This document shows, one piece after another, positions 50,130-59,440 of a stretch of 64,000 nucleotides of DNA. Position 1 is the first letter of the stretch. The number at the start of each line of letters is the position of its first letter. The notes under the pieces were generated by a model. It saw nothing but the letters and a program-made list of their open reading frames with translations. It made no database searches and was not told the origin of the DNA. The translations under genes and the position numbers were made by a program. The DNA is taken from positions 1-64,000 of the forward strand of contig JBEKYR010000026.1 of NCBI GenBank assembly GCA_049510745.1, given 5' to 3'. The stretch is from Verrucomicrobiota bacterium. Lineage in GTDB: Bacteria > Verrucomicrobiota > Verrucomicrobiia > Limisphaerales > Palsa-1400.

Positions 50130-50598
50130 ATTGCGGTTTTGATTCACATTTAAGGTTAGTTAGTATGTTGATTGACAGTGGGTTATGGAATACGTCCATG
50201 AATACGTAGTTGCTGGCGGTCGGTCGGGTGTGGGGGTTTTGGTGTTTTGTTGATGGCGCCAATACTGCGTCGTTATTGGACGCGGCAGAGGTGAAATTCG
50301 GATGGGGGGAATCCCGCTCCCGCGATTGGCAACGGCGCCAGAAGTCGAACCGTGTATGCCGTCGGACGTTCCTGTGAAGCGGGGTAAGTGCGGCTTTGGG
50401 CGCTTGGGAAACGCGCGCCCAGGGCTTGACCGTGCGCCGTCGTCGGATTGTTTCTGGCCGGGTTGGCACGGGAAAGCTCACCAGAAATATGTTTTCAAAT
50501 TATGAGCTTGTCCATTCAGGGATTGATTCCGTCCGGACGTCAGGGCTGTTGGAAGATGGGTTGACACAGCGGGACGTTCGCGGTCTAATGACATCGCC

Positions 50599-50937
50599 TT
50601 GGTTAAGCGTACGCAAATCCGAGCCTTCAGCAACGCGATAGCGCGGGAGTTTCGTCCGCGCAAGATCGTCCTCTTCGGCTCGTACGCCTATGGCAAACCG
50701 ACGGAAGACTCCGATGTGGATGTGCTGGTGATTATGCCGTTCAATCGCCGACGAGGCCGCAAATCGCTCGAAATCCGCCGGCGTATTCCGGCAGATTTTC
50801 CTCTTGACCTGATCGTCCGCACGCCGGGATTCATCGCCCGCCGGCTGCAGTGGGGCGATTGCTTTACCCAGGAGATTCTCGCCAAGGGAAAGGTTCTCTA
50901 TGAAGCCCCTGACGCAGGAGTGGGTGGAAAAAGCTGA
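50599..50937 (+). CDS. MNT nucleotidyltransferase antitoxin, paralog of 10121-10444
   Basis: LFGSYAYG...DSDVDVLVI and DFPLDL.VRTP; promoter TTGACA-17-TCTAAT. Confidence 0.88.
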   Translation: MVKRTQIRAFSNAIAREFRPRKIVLFGSYAYGKPTEDSDVDVLVIMPFNRRRGRKSLEIRRRIPADFPLDLIVRTPGFIARRLQWGDCFTQEILAKGKVLYEAPDAGVGGKS

Positions 50938-50938
50938 A
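50900..50938 (+). pseudogene. 13-codon stub of a HEPN gene
   Basis: MKPLTQEWVEKAE matches MKPTTREWVKKAE of the HEPN at 10425, then similarity stops. Confidence 0.7.
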
Positions 50939-51013
50939 CTTTGGCCAAAGGGGGCGCGTTTAGCTTATCACTGGACGCAATTGGGCCGGCTTGATTAAAT
51001 CCACCCGACGCAG

Positions 51014-51832
51014 ATGAGCGACGACAAGAATCCCTTCACCGAACCAGAGGCCAAGGCAAATCCCGGTCCGGACAGATCCAAACCGGCTTGGATCGTGGCT
51101 GGCGTGATGGCCGTGCTCCTGGTCGCAGTTTTGCTCCTGTGGGCCTCGGCCGTGGGCAAGGTCCACAGCCTTGAATCACTCAAGCCCAGCCTGGATGAGG
51201 CCAAAGCCAGCCTCACGAACGCCTTGGCCCAAAGCGCCCAAGCCAGAGACCAGATCGCAGCCCTGAAATCGCAGGCGGCCGAATTGGAGAAGGAAAAGGA
51301 GATGGCCGGTCAGATGGCCAAAGGGCTGGAAGATGAAATGCGCTCGGACCTTGAATCCAAGGACGTGACCATCTCCAACCTGCAAGGCAAGCTCACCGTG
51401 AACATCCTCGACCGCGTGATGTTTGACTCCGGCGAGGCGATCTTGAAACCGGATGGCGAGGCTGTGCTGCGCAAGATTGGGGCCATTCTTGCGGGACATC
51501 CCGCACTCAAAATTCACATCATCGGCCATACGGATAACGTGCCCATCCGCAACCGGTTTGCCAGCAACTGGGAGCTTTCCGCGGCCCGGGCCCTTGCCGC
51601 TGTGCATTTTCTCACCGAAAGAGTGGGCGTTGCTCCGAACCGCGTCGGAGCGGTCGGTTACGGCGAATATCGTCCTATTGCTGACAACACGACCCCGGAG
51701 GGACGAGCCAGGAACCGGCGCATTGTCATCACGATTCTGCCTGATGAACTGGCGGGAGACGACACCGTGCCGACTGTAAAGACCAATGTCTCCGTGCCGG
51801 CGATGCCGGAACCGGCGGTGAAACAACCATGA
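51014..51832 (+). CDS. OmpA/MotB-family peptidoglycan-binding membrane protein
   Basis: N-terminal TM, coiled coil, FDSG, GHTDN, NWELSAARA, GRARNRR. Confidence 0.88.
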   Translation: MSDDKNPFTEPEAKANPGPDRSKPAWIVAGVMAVLLVAVLLLWASAVGKVHSLESLKPSLDEAKASLTNALAQSAQARDQIAALKSQAAELEKEKEMAGQMAKGLEDEMRSDLESKDVTISNLQGKLTVNILDRVMFDSGEAILKPDGEAVLRKIGAILAGHPALKIHIIGHTDNVPIRNRFASNWELSAARALAAVHFLTERVGVAPNRVGAVGYGEYRPIADNTTPEGRARNRRIVITILPDELAGDDTVPTVKTNVSVPAMPEPAVKQP

Positions 51833-51971
51833 CAAACGTGGCATGATTGAATATCAGCGTCTTGGCGGCACTGCATCTTCCGGCGGTGTCGAAAAGCAAG
51901 GCGCAGGGCCAAAACGCCTCCCGCAAAATCACCTGAAACAAATAGGGCTTGGGGTGGGTCAATTAACATAG

Positions 51972-52226
51972 GTGTATATGAAGAGCACGTTTCAGGCGGA
52001 GCAGCAAATGATTACGACCATCTTGAATTATCCGGGTTTCCAGACTTTGCCAAAAGGAGTCAAGCGGATGCTTTTGGTGACCGAGGCACACTTTTTCGAT
52101 CAACCCGCGCCTCATCATCAGGAGCAGAAGGGCGTGGCTCAAGAAATGAGAAGCAACCGAGGCTTGGAGGAGTTGTTGAGAAGCCCATTGATCCCGGTGG
52201 GCATCGCGTGGGATGTGCCTGCCTGA
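51972..52226 (+). CDS. Small hypothetical protein
   Basis: 84-aa ORF preceded by aggtg; no recognised domain. Confidence 0.5.
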   Translation: MYMKSTFQAEQQMITTILNYPGFQTLPKGVKRMLLVTEAHFFDQPAPHHQEQKGVAQEMRSNRGLEELLRSPLIPVGIAWDVPA

Positions 52227-52261
52227 TTGTTTTAATTTTCCGTCTTCCCCGCCCGATCCGG

Positions 52262-53719
52262 CTAGGCCAGCGCGCCCCCCGCCCGGCGGGTTTTCCGCGC
52301 CGGCGCCGCCGTCTTCATCTCGGGCAGCGCCAGGAAATTGCGCGCATTGCGGTAGCAGATGTTGCGGATCATTGTCCCCAACAGCGCCTCGTCGTTGGGC
52401 AGTTCGCCCCGCTCGACTTCGGCCCCGATGAGGTTGCACAGCACGCGGCGGAAGTATTCGTGGCGCGGATAGGACATGAAGGAGCGCGAGTCGGTGATCA
52501 TCCCGACAAACCGGGAGAGCAAACCGAGGTTGGAGAGGGCGTTGAGCTGCCATTCGATGCCTTCCTTCTGGTCCAGGAACCACCACCCGGAGCCAAGTTG
52601 CAGCTTCCCGGCAATCGTGCCGTCCTGAAAACTTCCAATGACGGTGGCGAAGACATAGTTGTCCACCGGGTTGTTGTTATAGACGATCATCTTGGGCAAC
52701 TGCCCGTCGCGATCCAGCAAATCCAGGTAGGCCGCCAGGGCCTGCGCCTGCGGAAAATCTCCAATGCAGTCAAAACCGGTGTCCGGTCCCAGCTTTTGCA
52801 GCAGGCGCGTGTTGTTGTTGCGCAGCGCGCCCAGGTGCAGTTGCTTGACCCATCCTTTCTCCGCGTCCCACCGCCCGAAGCACAGCATCAGGTGCGTGCC
52901 GAATTGCGCGTGTTCCTCGGGAGACGCCGCCTGCCCGCGCCGCGCCTTGGCGAAGATCGCGGCGGCGGTCTTGTCCGAACACGGGCGGGCCAGGCATTGG
53001 TTCATGCCGTGGTCGGACAACCGGCAGCCGTGCGCGTGAAAATAGTCGTGACGCCGGCGCAAGGCGGCGACGAAGGCGTTTAGGTTCCCGATGTCGGTGT
53101 TGGCGGCTTGTTCCAGGTGGCCGACCCATTTGTTGAAGGCCTCCGGCTGATGCACGCCCAGGGCCTTGTCCGGCCGGAAAGCGGGGAAAACGGCGGTGGC
53201 CAGGCCGTCGGCGGCGATTTTTTCATGAGGCGCCAGGTCGTCGGTCGGGTCATCGGTGGTGCAGAGAGTGGCAACATTGAATTTGCGGAGGATGCCGCGG
53301 GTGGAGAATTCGGGGCGGGCCAATTGTTCGTTGGCCTCGTGCCAGATGCGGGTGGCGCTCCGCTCATCGAGCAGTTGGTCGATGCCGAAGCAGCGTTTCA
53401 ACTCCAGGTGGGTCCAGTGATAGAGGGGGTTGCGCAGGGTGTGAGGCACGGTGGCGGCCCAGGCGCGGAACTTGGCCAGGGGATCGGCGTCGCCCGTGCA
53501 GAATTTCTCGGCCACGCCGTTGGCCCGCATGGCGCGCCACTTGTAATGATCGCCTTCGAGCCAGATCTCGGTGAGGTTCTTGAACTGGCGGTTCCCGGCG
53601 ATGTCGCGCGGCGGCAGATGGCAATGGAAATCGAAGATCGGCTCCGCCTCGGCGTACTGCCGGTAGAGCCGCTGGCCGGCGCGGTTGTGCAAGAGGAATT
53701 TTTCGTGGATGAATTTCAT
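52262..53719 (-). CDS. uxaC: Glucuronate/uronate isomerase
   Basis: DFHCHL, GDHYKWRAMR, NPLYHWTHLEL, WWFLDQ, TDSRSF.SYPRHEYFRR. Confidence 0.96.
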   Translation of the reverse strand: MKFIHEKFLLHNRAGQRLYRQYAEAEPIFDFHCHLPPRDIAGNRQFKNLTEIWLEGDHYKWRAMRANGVAEKFCTGDADPLAKFRAWAATVPHTLRNPLYHWTHLELKRCFGIDQLLDERSATRIWHEANEQLARPEFSTRGILRKFNVATLCTTDDPTDDLAPHEKIAADGLATAVFPAFRPDKALGVHQPEAFNKWVGHLEQAANTDIGNLNAFVAALRRRHDYFHAHGCRLSDHGMNQCLARPCSDKTAAAIFAKARRGQAASPEEHAQFGTHLMLCFGRWDAEKGWVKQLHLGALRNNNTRLLQKLGPDTGFDCIGDFPQAQALAAYLDLLDRDGQLPKMIVYNNNPVDNYVFATVIGSFQDGTIAGKLQLGSGWWFLDQKEGIEWQLNALSNLGLLSRFVGMITDSRSFMSYPRHEYFRRVLCNLIGAEVERGELPNDEALLGTMIRNICYRNARNFLALPEMKTAAPARKTRRAGGALA

Positions 53720-53720
53720 T

Positions 53721-54986
53721 TCAGTCTTTCGCTAGAAACAGCGGCCGGACATGCCGGTCAAAGAGATTTTCGGTCACGTGCTTTGCCACCGAGGCCTGGT
53801 ATTGGTCGAGCGCGTTCAAATACCGCGCTCCCATCTGCGCGGCGATTTTATACCCCACGTGGATCAACTGGCGCAAATGCGGGTTGTAAGCCGGGTTTTT
53901 CTGATCGTGCCGCAACGCCCCCACGAATTGCTCGCTCGTCCAGCTCCGCACCGCGGCCGCCGCGGGCAGCCGGCTGCGGTCGATGTCCAATACCGCCGCG
54001 TACGGCGCGCACAAATCGTCAATGTGATCCAGCGCCCCGGCGTAAATCTCCCGGGCCAGCGCCAGCCCGCCGCCGCCCGCCGCCGCCAGGCCGATGACCT
54101 CCTCCAGCCAGGTGGTGCCGGCGGTTTTGAGGTGGAGGCCGGCCCCGAACCGACGCAAGGCCCGCCGGATGGGCGCATAAATCGAGAACTTGTCGCTGCC
54201 GGAATGGACGCTCAACTTGAGGCCGGCCGGAAAACCGTATTGACGGATGGCGAACGCCACCACGGCCAGATCGTCGTTGAACTCCTTTTCAAACTGTTCG
54301 AGGTTGCCCGCGTAATCGACCCCTTTGTTGAAGCGTCCGGTGAATTTGGGGGCGATGGTTTGCAAGGGAATGCCCTCGTCGCCGAGGGCCGCCAGGATGA
54401 CCAGCAACTCGGCCGGCGTTTGCGGAGCGTCGGTTTCGTCCATGGAAACTTCCGTGACGAAGCTGGCCGCCCCCTTGGCTTGCGCGATGTGCCGGTAGAT
54501 TTTCCCGGCCTCGATCACGGCCAGCAAATACTTGTTGACAATCGCCTCGATCCCGGCGCGGTCCGTGCGGAACGGGCGCGCGATGCCCTCGACGCCGATC
54601 TGGCCGGTCAATTCGGCATGGCGGTCCAGGAAGAGGCGGACGGCGTCCGCCGGGGCGGGCCGGGCGATCCAATCGGCCACGTCGATGGTGAAGAAATCCG
54701 CGTGGGGCAGGAAGCGGTCCACCGTTTCCAGGCGGATATGGTCGGCGTCCAGGAACCAGGGCTTGGTCCAGTTGAGGGCCTTGACGGCGGCGGCGGCGGC
54801 GGCGCGGCTCTGGCCCGGCTCGGACCCGATGGTCAGATGCTCGCGGTTGGATTTGTTCCAGACCGGGACGATGTCGGCCCCCTGGCGGGCGGCGCGGATG
54901 CAAGTCAGCAATTGGGGCTGGGCCTGGCGGGCGAAGCGGTCGCCCATCCCAAACGAGTATTTTCCAATCGGCAAGAATTCATTCAT
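53721..54986 (-). CDS. uxaE: Tagaturonate/fructuronate epimerase
   Basis: GMGDRF, DADH, EVSMDET, LSVHSGSDKF, HLKTAGTTWLEE; next to uxaC. Confidence 0.88.
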   Translation of the reverse strand: MNEFLPIGKYSFGMGDRFARQAQPQLLTCIRAARQGADIVPVWNKSNREHLTIGSEPGQSRAAAAAAVKALNWTKPWFLDADHIRLETVDRFLPHADFFTIDVADWIARPAPADAVRLFLDRHAELTGQIGVEGIARPFRTDRAGIEAIVNKYLLAVIEAGKIYRHIAQAKGAASFVTEVSMDETDAPQTPAELLVILAALGDEGIPLQTIAPKFTGRFNKGVDYAGNLEQFEKEFNDDLAVVAFAIRQYGFPAGLKLSVHSGSDKFSIYAPIRRALRRFGAGLHLKTAGTTWLEEVIGLAAAGGGGLALAREIYAGALDHIDDLCAPYAAVLDIDRSRLPAAAAVRSWTSEQFVGALRHDQKNPAYNPHLRQLIHVGYKIAAQMGARYLNALDQYQASVAKHVTENLFDRHVRPLFLAKD

Positions 54987-55204
54987 TACAAGCGTATGAG
55001 CCAGCGTAGCAAGAGTGCGGCGGCGAAACACAGTTTTTTTTGTGCATTCCGCAGTGAAAATGTGGCATCGCCTCAAAGTTCATACCTGAGGCGAGCGGGA
55101 TTTTCTCGGAGCTTCCCTCGGTCGTATTGCGGACGGAGGGATTCGCGCAAGCGGATTGAAAAATCCTTTGTCATGCGGCACAATGGCGGCAGATTGACAA
55201 TTGG

Positions 55205-56257
55205 ATGAACCCAAAGGTGAAACTGACGGCCTACGCCGTGCTGCTGATTCTGGCCGCCTGGTTTGGCTGGGGTTTTTACTCCAACTATTCCGCCGTCGCC
55301 CAGGCCGCGAAGGAGGCGGCCCTGGCGGCCACCGCCGATGAACCCGCGCCCGCCCCGAGCACGGATTCCAACAGCCCGCCGTCCACCAACGCCGTGACGA
55401 ACGCGGCGCAGGAGACCACCAACCCGCCGGGCGGAATGACCAACGCCGCCCCCATCGCAGCCGTGTCCTCCAACGAACCCACGGCCGTGTCGTCCAACGA
55501 AGCCGCAGCCACGCCGGTCAAGAAACAGGCGGCGCACAAAAAAGCTCCCGCCAGGAAAAAGGTGAGGAAGCCGGTTGTGCTGCGGGACGAGGGCGCGATC
55601 CGCGGGACGATGATCCGTTATCTGGCGGCGCTCATCGGGTCACTCATCGGGCTTGGGTTGCTGATCACGCATGATGTCACCCACTTCGTCGGCAGCCAGG
55701 CGGCGAATTATCTTTTCTACGACGTGGCCGATGTGGTGCGGGATCCGGAGTACGAGCGGGCCGAGGCGGTGTGGGCCAACGGACAGTTTTTGGAGGCGGT
55801 GCAAATATTGCGGGATTTCCTGAAACATCATCCGCGGGAACTGCACGCCGCGCTGCGCATCGCCGAGATTTATGAGAAGGACTTGGGGAACAATCTGGCG
55901 GCGGCGCTGGAGTACGAGGAAGTGCTCAAGCATAAACTGCCGCCGGAACGGTGGGGATGGGCGGCCATTCATCTTTGCAACCTTTATTACAGGCTCGGAC
56001 AGCAGCCCAAGGCGCTGGCGCTGCTGCACCGCGTCGTCGAGGATTATCCCCGCACCGGCGCGGCCAAAAAGGCCCGCGCCCGGCTCGGCCTGCCGGAGCT
56101 TGTGGAAGAGCCGGCGGAGGAGGCGATGGTGGAAGAGGTGGCGGAGGAGGAGAACCCCGTGATCCAGATCGACGCTCCGGTGGCGGAACCGCCGCCGCCG
56201 CCGCCGCCCCAACCGCCCAAATCGAACCTGCCCCCGGGCTTCCGGCCCTTGGAATAG
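55205..56257 (+). CDS. Membrane-anchored TPR protein
   Basis: Two hydrophobic segments, a low-complexity linker, TPR-like helices and a Pro-rich tail. Confidence 0.7.
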   Translation: MNPKVKLTAYAVLLILAAWFGWGFYSNYSAVAQAAKEAALAATADEPAPAPSTDSNSPPSTNAVTNAAQETTNPPGGMTNAAPIAAVSSNEPTAVSSNEAAATPVKKQAAHKKAPARKKVRKPVVLRDEGAIRGTMIRYLAALIGSLIGLGLLITHDVTHFVGSQAANYLFYDVADVVRDPEYERAEAVWANGQFLEAVQILRDFLKHHPRELHAALRIAEIYEKDLGNNLAAALEYEEVLKHKLPPERWGWAAIHLCNLYYRLGQQPKALALLHRVVEDYPRTGAAKKARARLGLPELVEEPAEEAMVEEVAEEENPVIQIDAPVAEPPPPPPPQPPKSNLPPGFRPLE

Positions 56258-56267
56258 GGACATTCCC

Positions 56268-56321
56268 ATTCGGCACGATTCAGCACGATTCAGCACGATT
56301 CGGCACAATTTGGCACGATTC
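56268..56321. repeat. 10-bp tandem repeat (attcRgcacg x5)
   Basis: attcggcacg attcagcacg attcagcacg attcggcaca atttggcacg attc. Confidence 0.9.
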
Positions 56322-56412
56322 GCCGTGCGGCGGTCGTGAATGGCGATCGCCCATGTGCGCGCGCTGGCCGCTGCGTGAACCCTCTCCGGGATCGAATGTC
56401 TTCGGCGAGGCG

Positions 56413-56442
56413 CCTGCCGTCGCCAAGGCTTTGTCGGGCAAG
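56413..56442. repeat. 30-nt palindromic interspersed element, copy 3
   Basis: cctgccgtcgccaaggctttgtcgggcaag interrupting the hairpin cttcggcg-agg-cgccgaag. Confidence 0.75.
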
Positions 56443-56498
56443 CCGAAGGCGGCGGGCGGGAGCGCCCACGCTCCCCAATCCTTCTGCTTGGATACGGC

Positions 56499-57710
56499 TC
56501 AGGGCGGAGCGGGGGCGGCGGGCGGGGCGGCTTTTTTGGGGAGGGTGAAGAAAAAGGCGGCGCCTTTCTGCCAGTCGCTCTTGACCCAGGCTTCGCCGCC
56601 GTGCGCCTGGACGATGTGTTTGACTATGGCGAGGCCCAGGCCGGTGCCGCCGCTCTCGCGCGAGCGGGCGCGGTCCACGCGATAGAACCGCTCGAAGACC
56701 CGCCCGATGGCCTCCGGCGGAATGCCCGGCCCGTCGTCGGTCACGGACACTTCCGTTTTGTCGGCGCCGGAGTCGCGCGCGGCCACGGTGACGCAACCGT
56801 CGTTTTTGCCGTATTTGATGGCGTTGTCGGCGAGGTTGAAGAGGACTTGCTGGAGACGGTTGGAGTCGGCCCACACGAGGGTCTGCGGGGGGATGTTGTT
56901 TTGCAGGGTGGTCTGGCGGGCGGCGGCGGGCGCGGCCAGGTCTTCAAGGACGCGCTGGGCCAGGTCGCGCAGGTCGAGGGATTGAATGTTGAGGGCGATC
57001 TGGCCGGATTCCAAACGGGAGATGACGAGCAAGTCCTCGATCAAGAAGAGGAGGCGGTCGGAGTGTTTGTCGATTTTTTGGAGGAAACGAGTGGCCTGCT
57101 GGGGGTCGTGGAGCGCGCCGTCAAGCAAGGTTTCGGCAAAGCCTTTGATGAGGGAAAGCGGGGTGCGCAATTCGTGGCTGACGTTGCCGACGAATTCGGT
57201 GCGGATGTTCTCCAGCTCCTTGAGGCGGGTGACGTCGTGGAAAACAAACAACTGGCCCTGCTCGAGGGCCTGGTCGCCGGTGACGACGGCGGCGTTGACC
57301 TGCCAGCAGCGGCGGCGGAGGCGGTGGATTTCCAGTTCGGCGCCGGAGACGTTTTTTTCGTTCTGGAGGCGGAGGGCCAGGGCGGCCAGTTCGTGCCAGC
57401 GGAAGGCTTCCATGATGGTTTGGCCGCGGATATCGGTGGTGACATCGAAGAATTTGCGGAGGGAATCGTTAATCATGCGCACGCGCCCTTGGTGGTCGAG
57501 CAGCAGAACGCCTTCAATCATGCTGTTGAAGAGCGCTTGCTGGCGGGCTTGGAACTGGGTGAGGAGGCGGGAAGAGATTTCCTCGCGCTGGCGCTCGAGG
57601 GCGTCGGCCTGCGCGCGCTGGGCGCGAGTGCGCGCCAGGCGACCGCGCCAGACGAGCCACCCCGCCGCCGCCAGCGCGACGAACCCGGCCAGAACAGGAA
57701 TCCATGACAT
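56499..57710 (-). CDS. PhoR-like PAS sensor histidine kinase
   Basis: NVSHELRTPL H-box, NAIKY, DDGPGI, GGTGLGLAIVKH; PAS-like region. Confidence 0.9.
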   Translation of the reverse strand: MSWIPVLAGFVALAAAGWLVWRGRLARTRAQRAQADALERQREEISSRLLTQFQARQQALFNSMIEGVLLLDHQGRVRMINDSLRKFFDVTTDIRGQTIMEAFRWHELAALALRLQNEKNVSGAELEIHRLRRRCWQVNAAVVTGDQALEQGQLFVFHDVTRLKELENIRTEFVGNVSHELRTPLSLIKGFAETLLDGALHDPQQATRFLQKIDKHSDRLLFLIEDLLVISRLESGQIALNIQSLDLRDLAQRVLEDLAAPAAARQTTLQNNIPPQTLVWADSNRLQQVLFNLADNAIKYGKNDGCVTVAARDSGADKTEVSVTDDGPGIPPEAIGRVFERFYRVDRARSRESGGTGLGLAIVKHIVQAHGGEAWVKSDWQKGAAFFFTLPKKAAPPAAPAPP

Positions 57711-57742
57711 GGGAGTGTTGATTTCGGCCTCGACCTTCCGCT

Positions 57743-58426
57743 TCAGGCGTCGCGGAACCTGTAGCCGACGCCGCGCACGGTATCGAGGAAATGGGCGGCG
57801 CGGCCCAGCTTATGGCGGAGGCGGCGCATGTGGGTATCGACGGTGCGGGTGTCAATCAAACTGTTGTAGCCCCACACGTCCTTCAAGAGCTGGTCGCGCG
57901 ACTGGACGCGCCCGCGGCGTTCGGCCAGGACGGTGACCAGTTTGAATTCCGTCAAGGTCAAGTCCAGCGGCCGCCCTTCGAAGGTGACGCGGTGCCGCGG
58001 GCGGTCGATGAGCAGGCCGGCGAATTGAATCAGGTCGCCGCGGCTTTCCGGGGAAGGCTTGGGGCGGAGCAGGTTTTTGACGCGCAAGAGCAGTTCGCGC
58101 ACGCTGAAGGGCTTGGTGACGTAATCATCGGCGCCCAGTTCGAGGCCCAGGACACGGTCGATTTCCGCGGCGCGGGCCGTGAGCATGAGAATGGGAATGG
58201 CGCGGGTGGCGGGGTCCTGGCGAAGGATTTTGCAGACTTCCAGCCCGTCCAGTTCGGGCAGCATGACGTCGAGCAGAATCAAGGCCGGGGCGGCGTCGCG
58301 CGCTTTTTGCAGAGCTTCCCTGCCGCTGGCGGCCAGGAGGACGGCGTAGCCGGCGGCCCTGAGATTAACGTCGATCAACTCGAGCAAATCCGGCTCGTCG
58401 TCCACCACCAGGATTTTCAGTTTCAT
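57743..58426 (-). CDS. OmpR/PhoB-family response regulator
   Basis: VVDDE, LLDVMLP, GADDYVTKPF, RTVDTHMRRLR. Confidence 0.93.
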   Translation of the reverse strand: MKLKILVVDDEPDLLELIDVNLRAAGYAVLLAASGREALQKARDAAPALILLDVMLPELDGLEVCKILRQDPATRAIPILMLTARAAEIDRVLGLELGADDYVTKPFSVRELLLRVKNLLRPKPSPESRGDLIQFAGLLIDRPRHRVTFEGRPLDLTLTEFKLVTVLAERRGRVQSRDQLLKDVWGYNSLIDTRTVDTHMRRLRHKLGRAAHFLDTVRGVGYRFRDA

Positions 58427-58682
58427 GACTTGCGAGACTTTTCCCTATTGCACCCGATTCCCGCCCGCAAGGGAAATCAAAAATTTCCGGGCGACAAGCC
58501 CGAATCGTAAGCAATGTGCTTACGGATTTACTCAACAGGCGGGCAAGTTTTGGACGGAAGATTCCGTCGGCGGGACAAGTGAACAAATTGTTGGGCTGAC
58601 GCTGGCGCGTGGGCCGACGGGTGCGACCGAGACGGTCGCGCTCCTGAAGAAGTCGCCAAGGATCGGGGCAGGTCGTAAAAAG

Positions 58683-58718
58683 GCAGAACGCCCGTTGAGG
58701 AGTGAACGGGCGTTCTGC
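58683..58718 (-). terminator. Intrinsic terminator of the VPDSG-CTERM gene
   Basis: 14-bp perfect stem gcagaacgcccgtt/aacgggcgttctgc followed on the minus strand by a T-run. Confidence 0.75.
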
Positions 58719-58751
58719 GAAGCGTGCCAACTGCCAACTGTTATGGTAATC

Positions 58752-59366
58752 TCAAATTTTCCGGCGGAGCCAACCGAGTCCCGCCAGCGAACCGCCGAGA
58801 AGGGCCAGAGTCAGGCCGGCATCCGGGACAGGATCAATCGCCTGGAAGAGCGCATGGTGGCCGGAGCCGGAACCGCTTCCACCACCGTTTCCGCCGCCGT
58901 TTCCGCCACCGTTTCCGGGATTGGAGCCGGTAAAAGTGGTGCCAGAATTAAAGCGGCCGCCACCCGGCAGGTTGAGGGTGTCGCCAAGGTTCTGATAAGG
59001 ATTGAAGTCGGAAAACCCGGTGCCGGTGGCTCCGCTCAAACTGGGGTCGCTGCCCACCGCGATAACGAAATAGTCGCCGGGCTGGAGCACAAAGGGGGTG
59101 ACGGTCTCGTAAAAGGTGTTGCCGATCTGGGTGCCTGGCACACCAGGCCCAAAAAGCACATCGGGACCCACGAGACTTCCGGTGGTTGCGTCGAAAACAC
59201 CTACGTAAACGTCGCTGGTAAATGGCGAACCGCCGTCGTAAGCACCGAGTTCATCGAAGGTAGTACGGTGATTGACCACGAAGTTGACTCCAAAAACGTC
59301 ATCCCCCTTTGCATTACCTACAACGACACAGCCCGCGACTAACAAAACCAAACCTCTAATATACAT
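58752..59366 (-). CDS. VPDSG-CTERM (PEP-CTERM-like) exosortase substrate
   Basis: Signal peptide; C-terminus VPDAGLTLALLGGSLAGLGWLRRKI (motif, TM, basic tail). Confidence 0.85.
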   Translation of the reverse strand: MYIRGLVLLVAGCVVVGNAKGDDVFGVNFVVNHRTTFDELGAYDGGSPFTSDVYVGVFDATTGSLVGPDVLFGPGVPGTQIGNTFYETVTPFVLQPGDYFVIAVGSDPSLSGATGTGFSDFNPYQNLGDTLNLPGGGRFNSGTTFTGSNPGNGGGNGGGNGGGSGSGSGHHALFQAIDPVPDAGLTLALLGGSLAGLGWLRRKI

Positions 59367-59423
59367 TGCTGATCCGCCTGCTATCTCAATACACTTCGCG
59401 TGCCCCTATCAGCCACTTCGTTT

Positions 59424-59440
59424 AAGCAGAAGGTATGCCA
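59424..59440 (-). promoter_or_regulatory. Sigma54 promoter of the VPDSG-CTERM gene
   Basis: Minus strand TGGCAT-ACCTT-CTGCT with GG-N10-GC spacing. Confidence 0.65.

Noticed and set aside
51014..51832. Flagellar stator motB
   Set aside because: No adjacent motA, and the TM lacks the conserved MotB Asp motif
57743..58520. Definite phoB/phoR assignment with Pho boxes
   Set aside because: The family fits, but no pst/phoU genes or clear Pho box are present, so gene symbols were withheld
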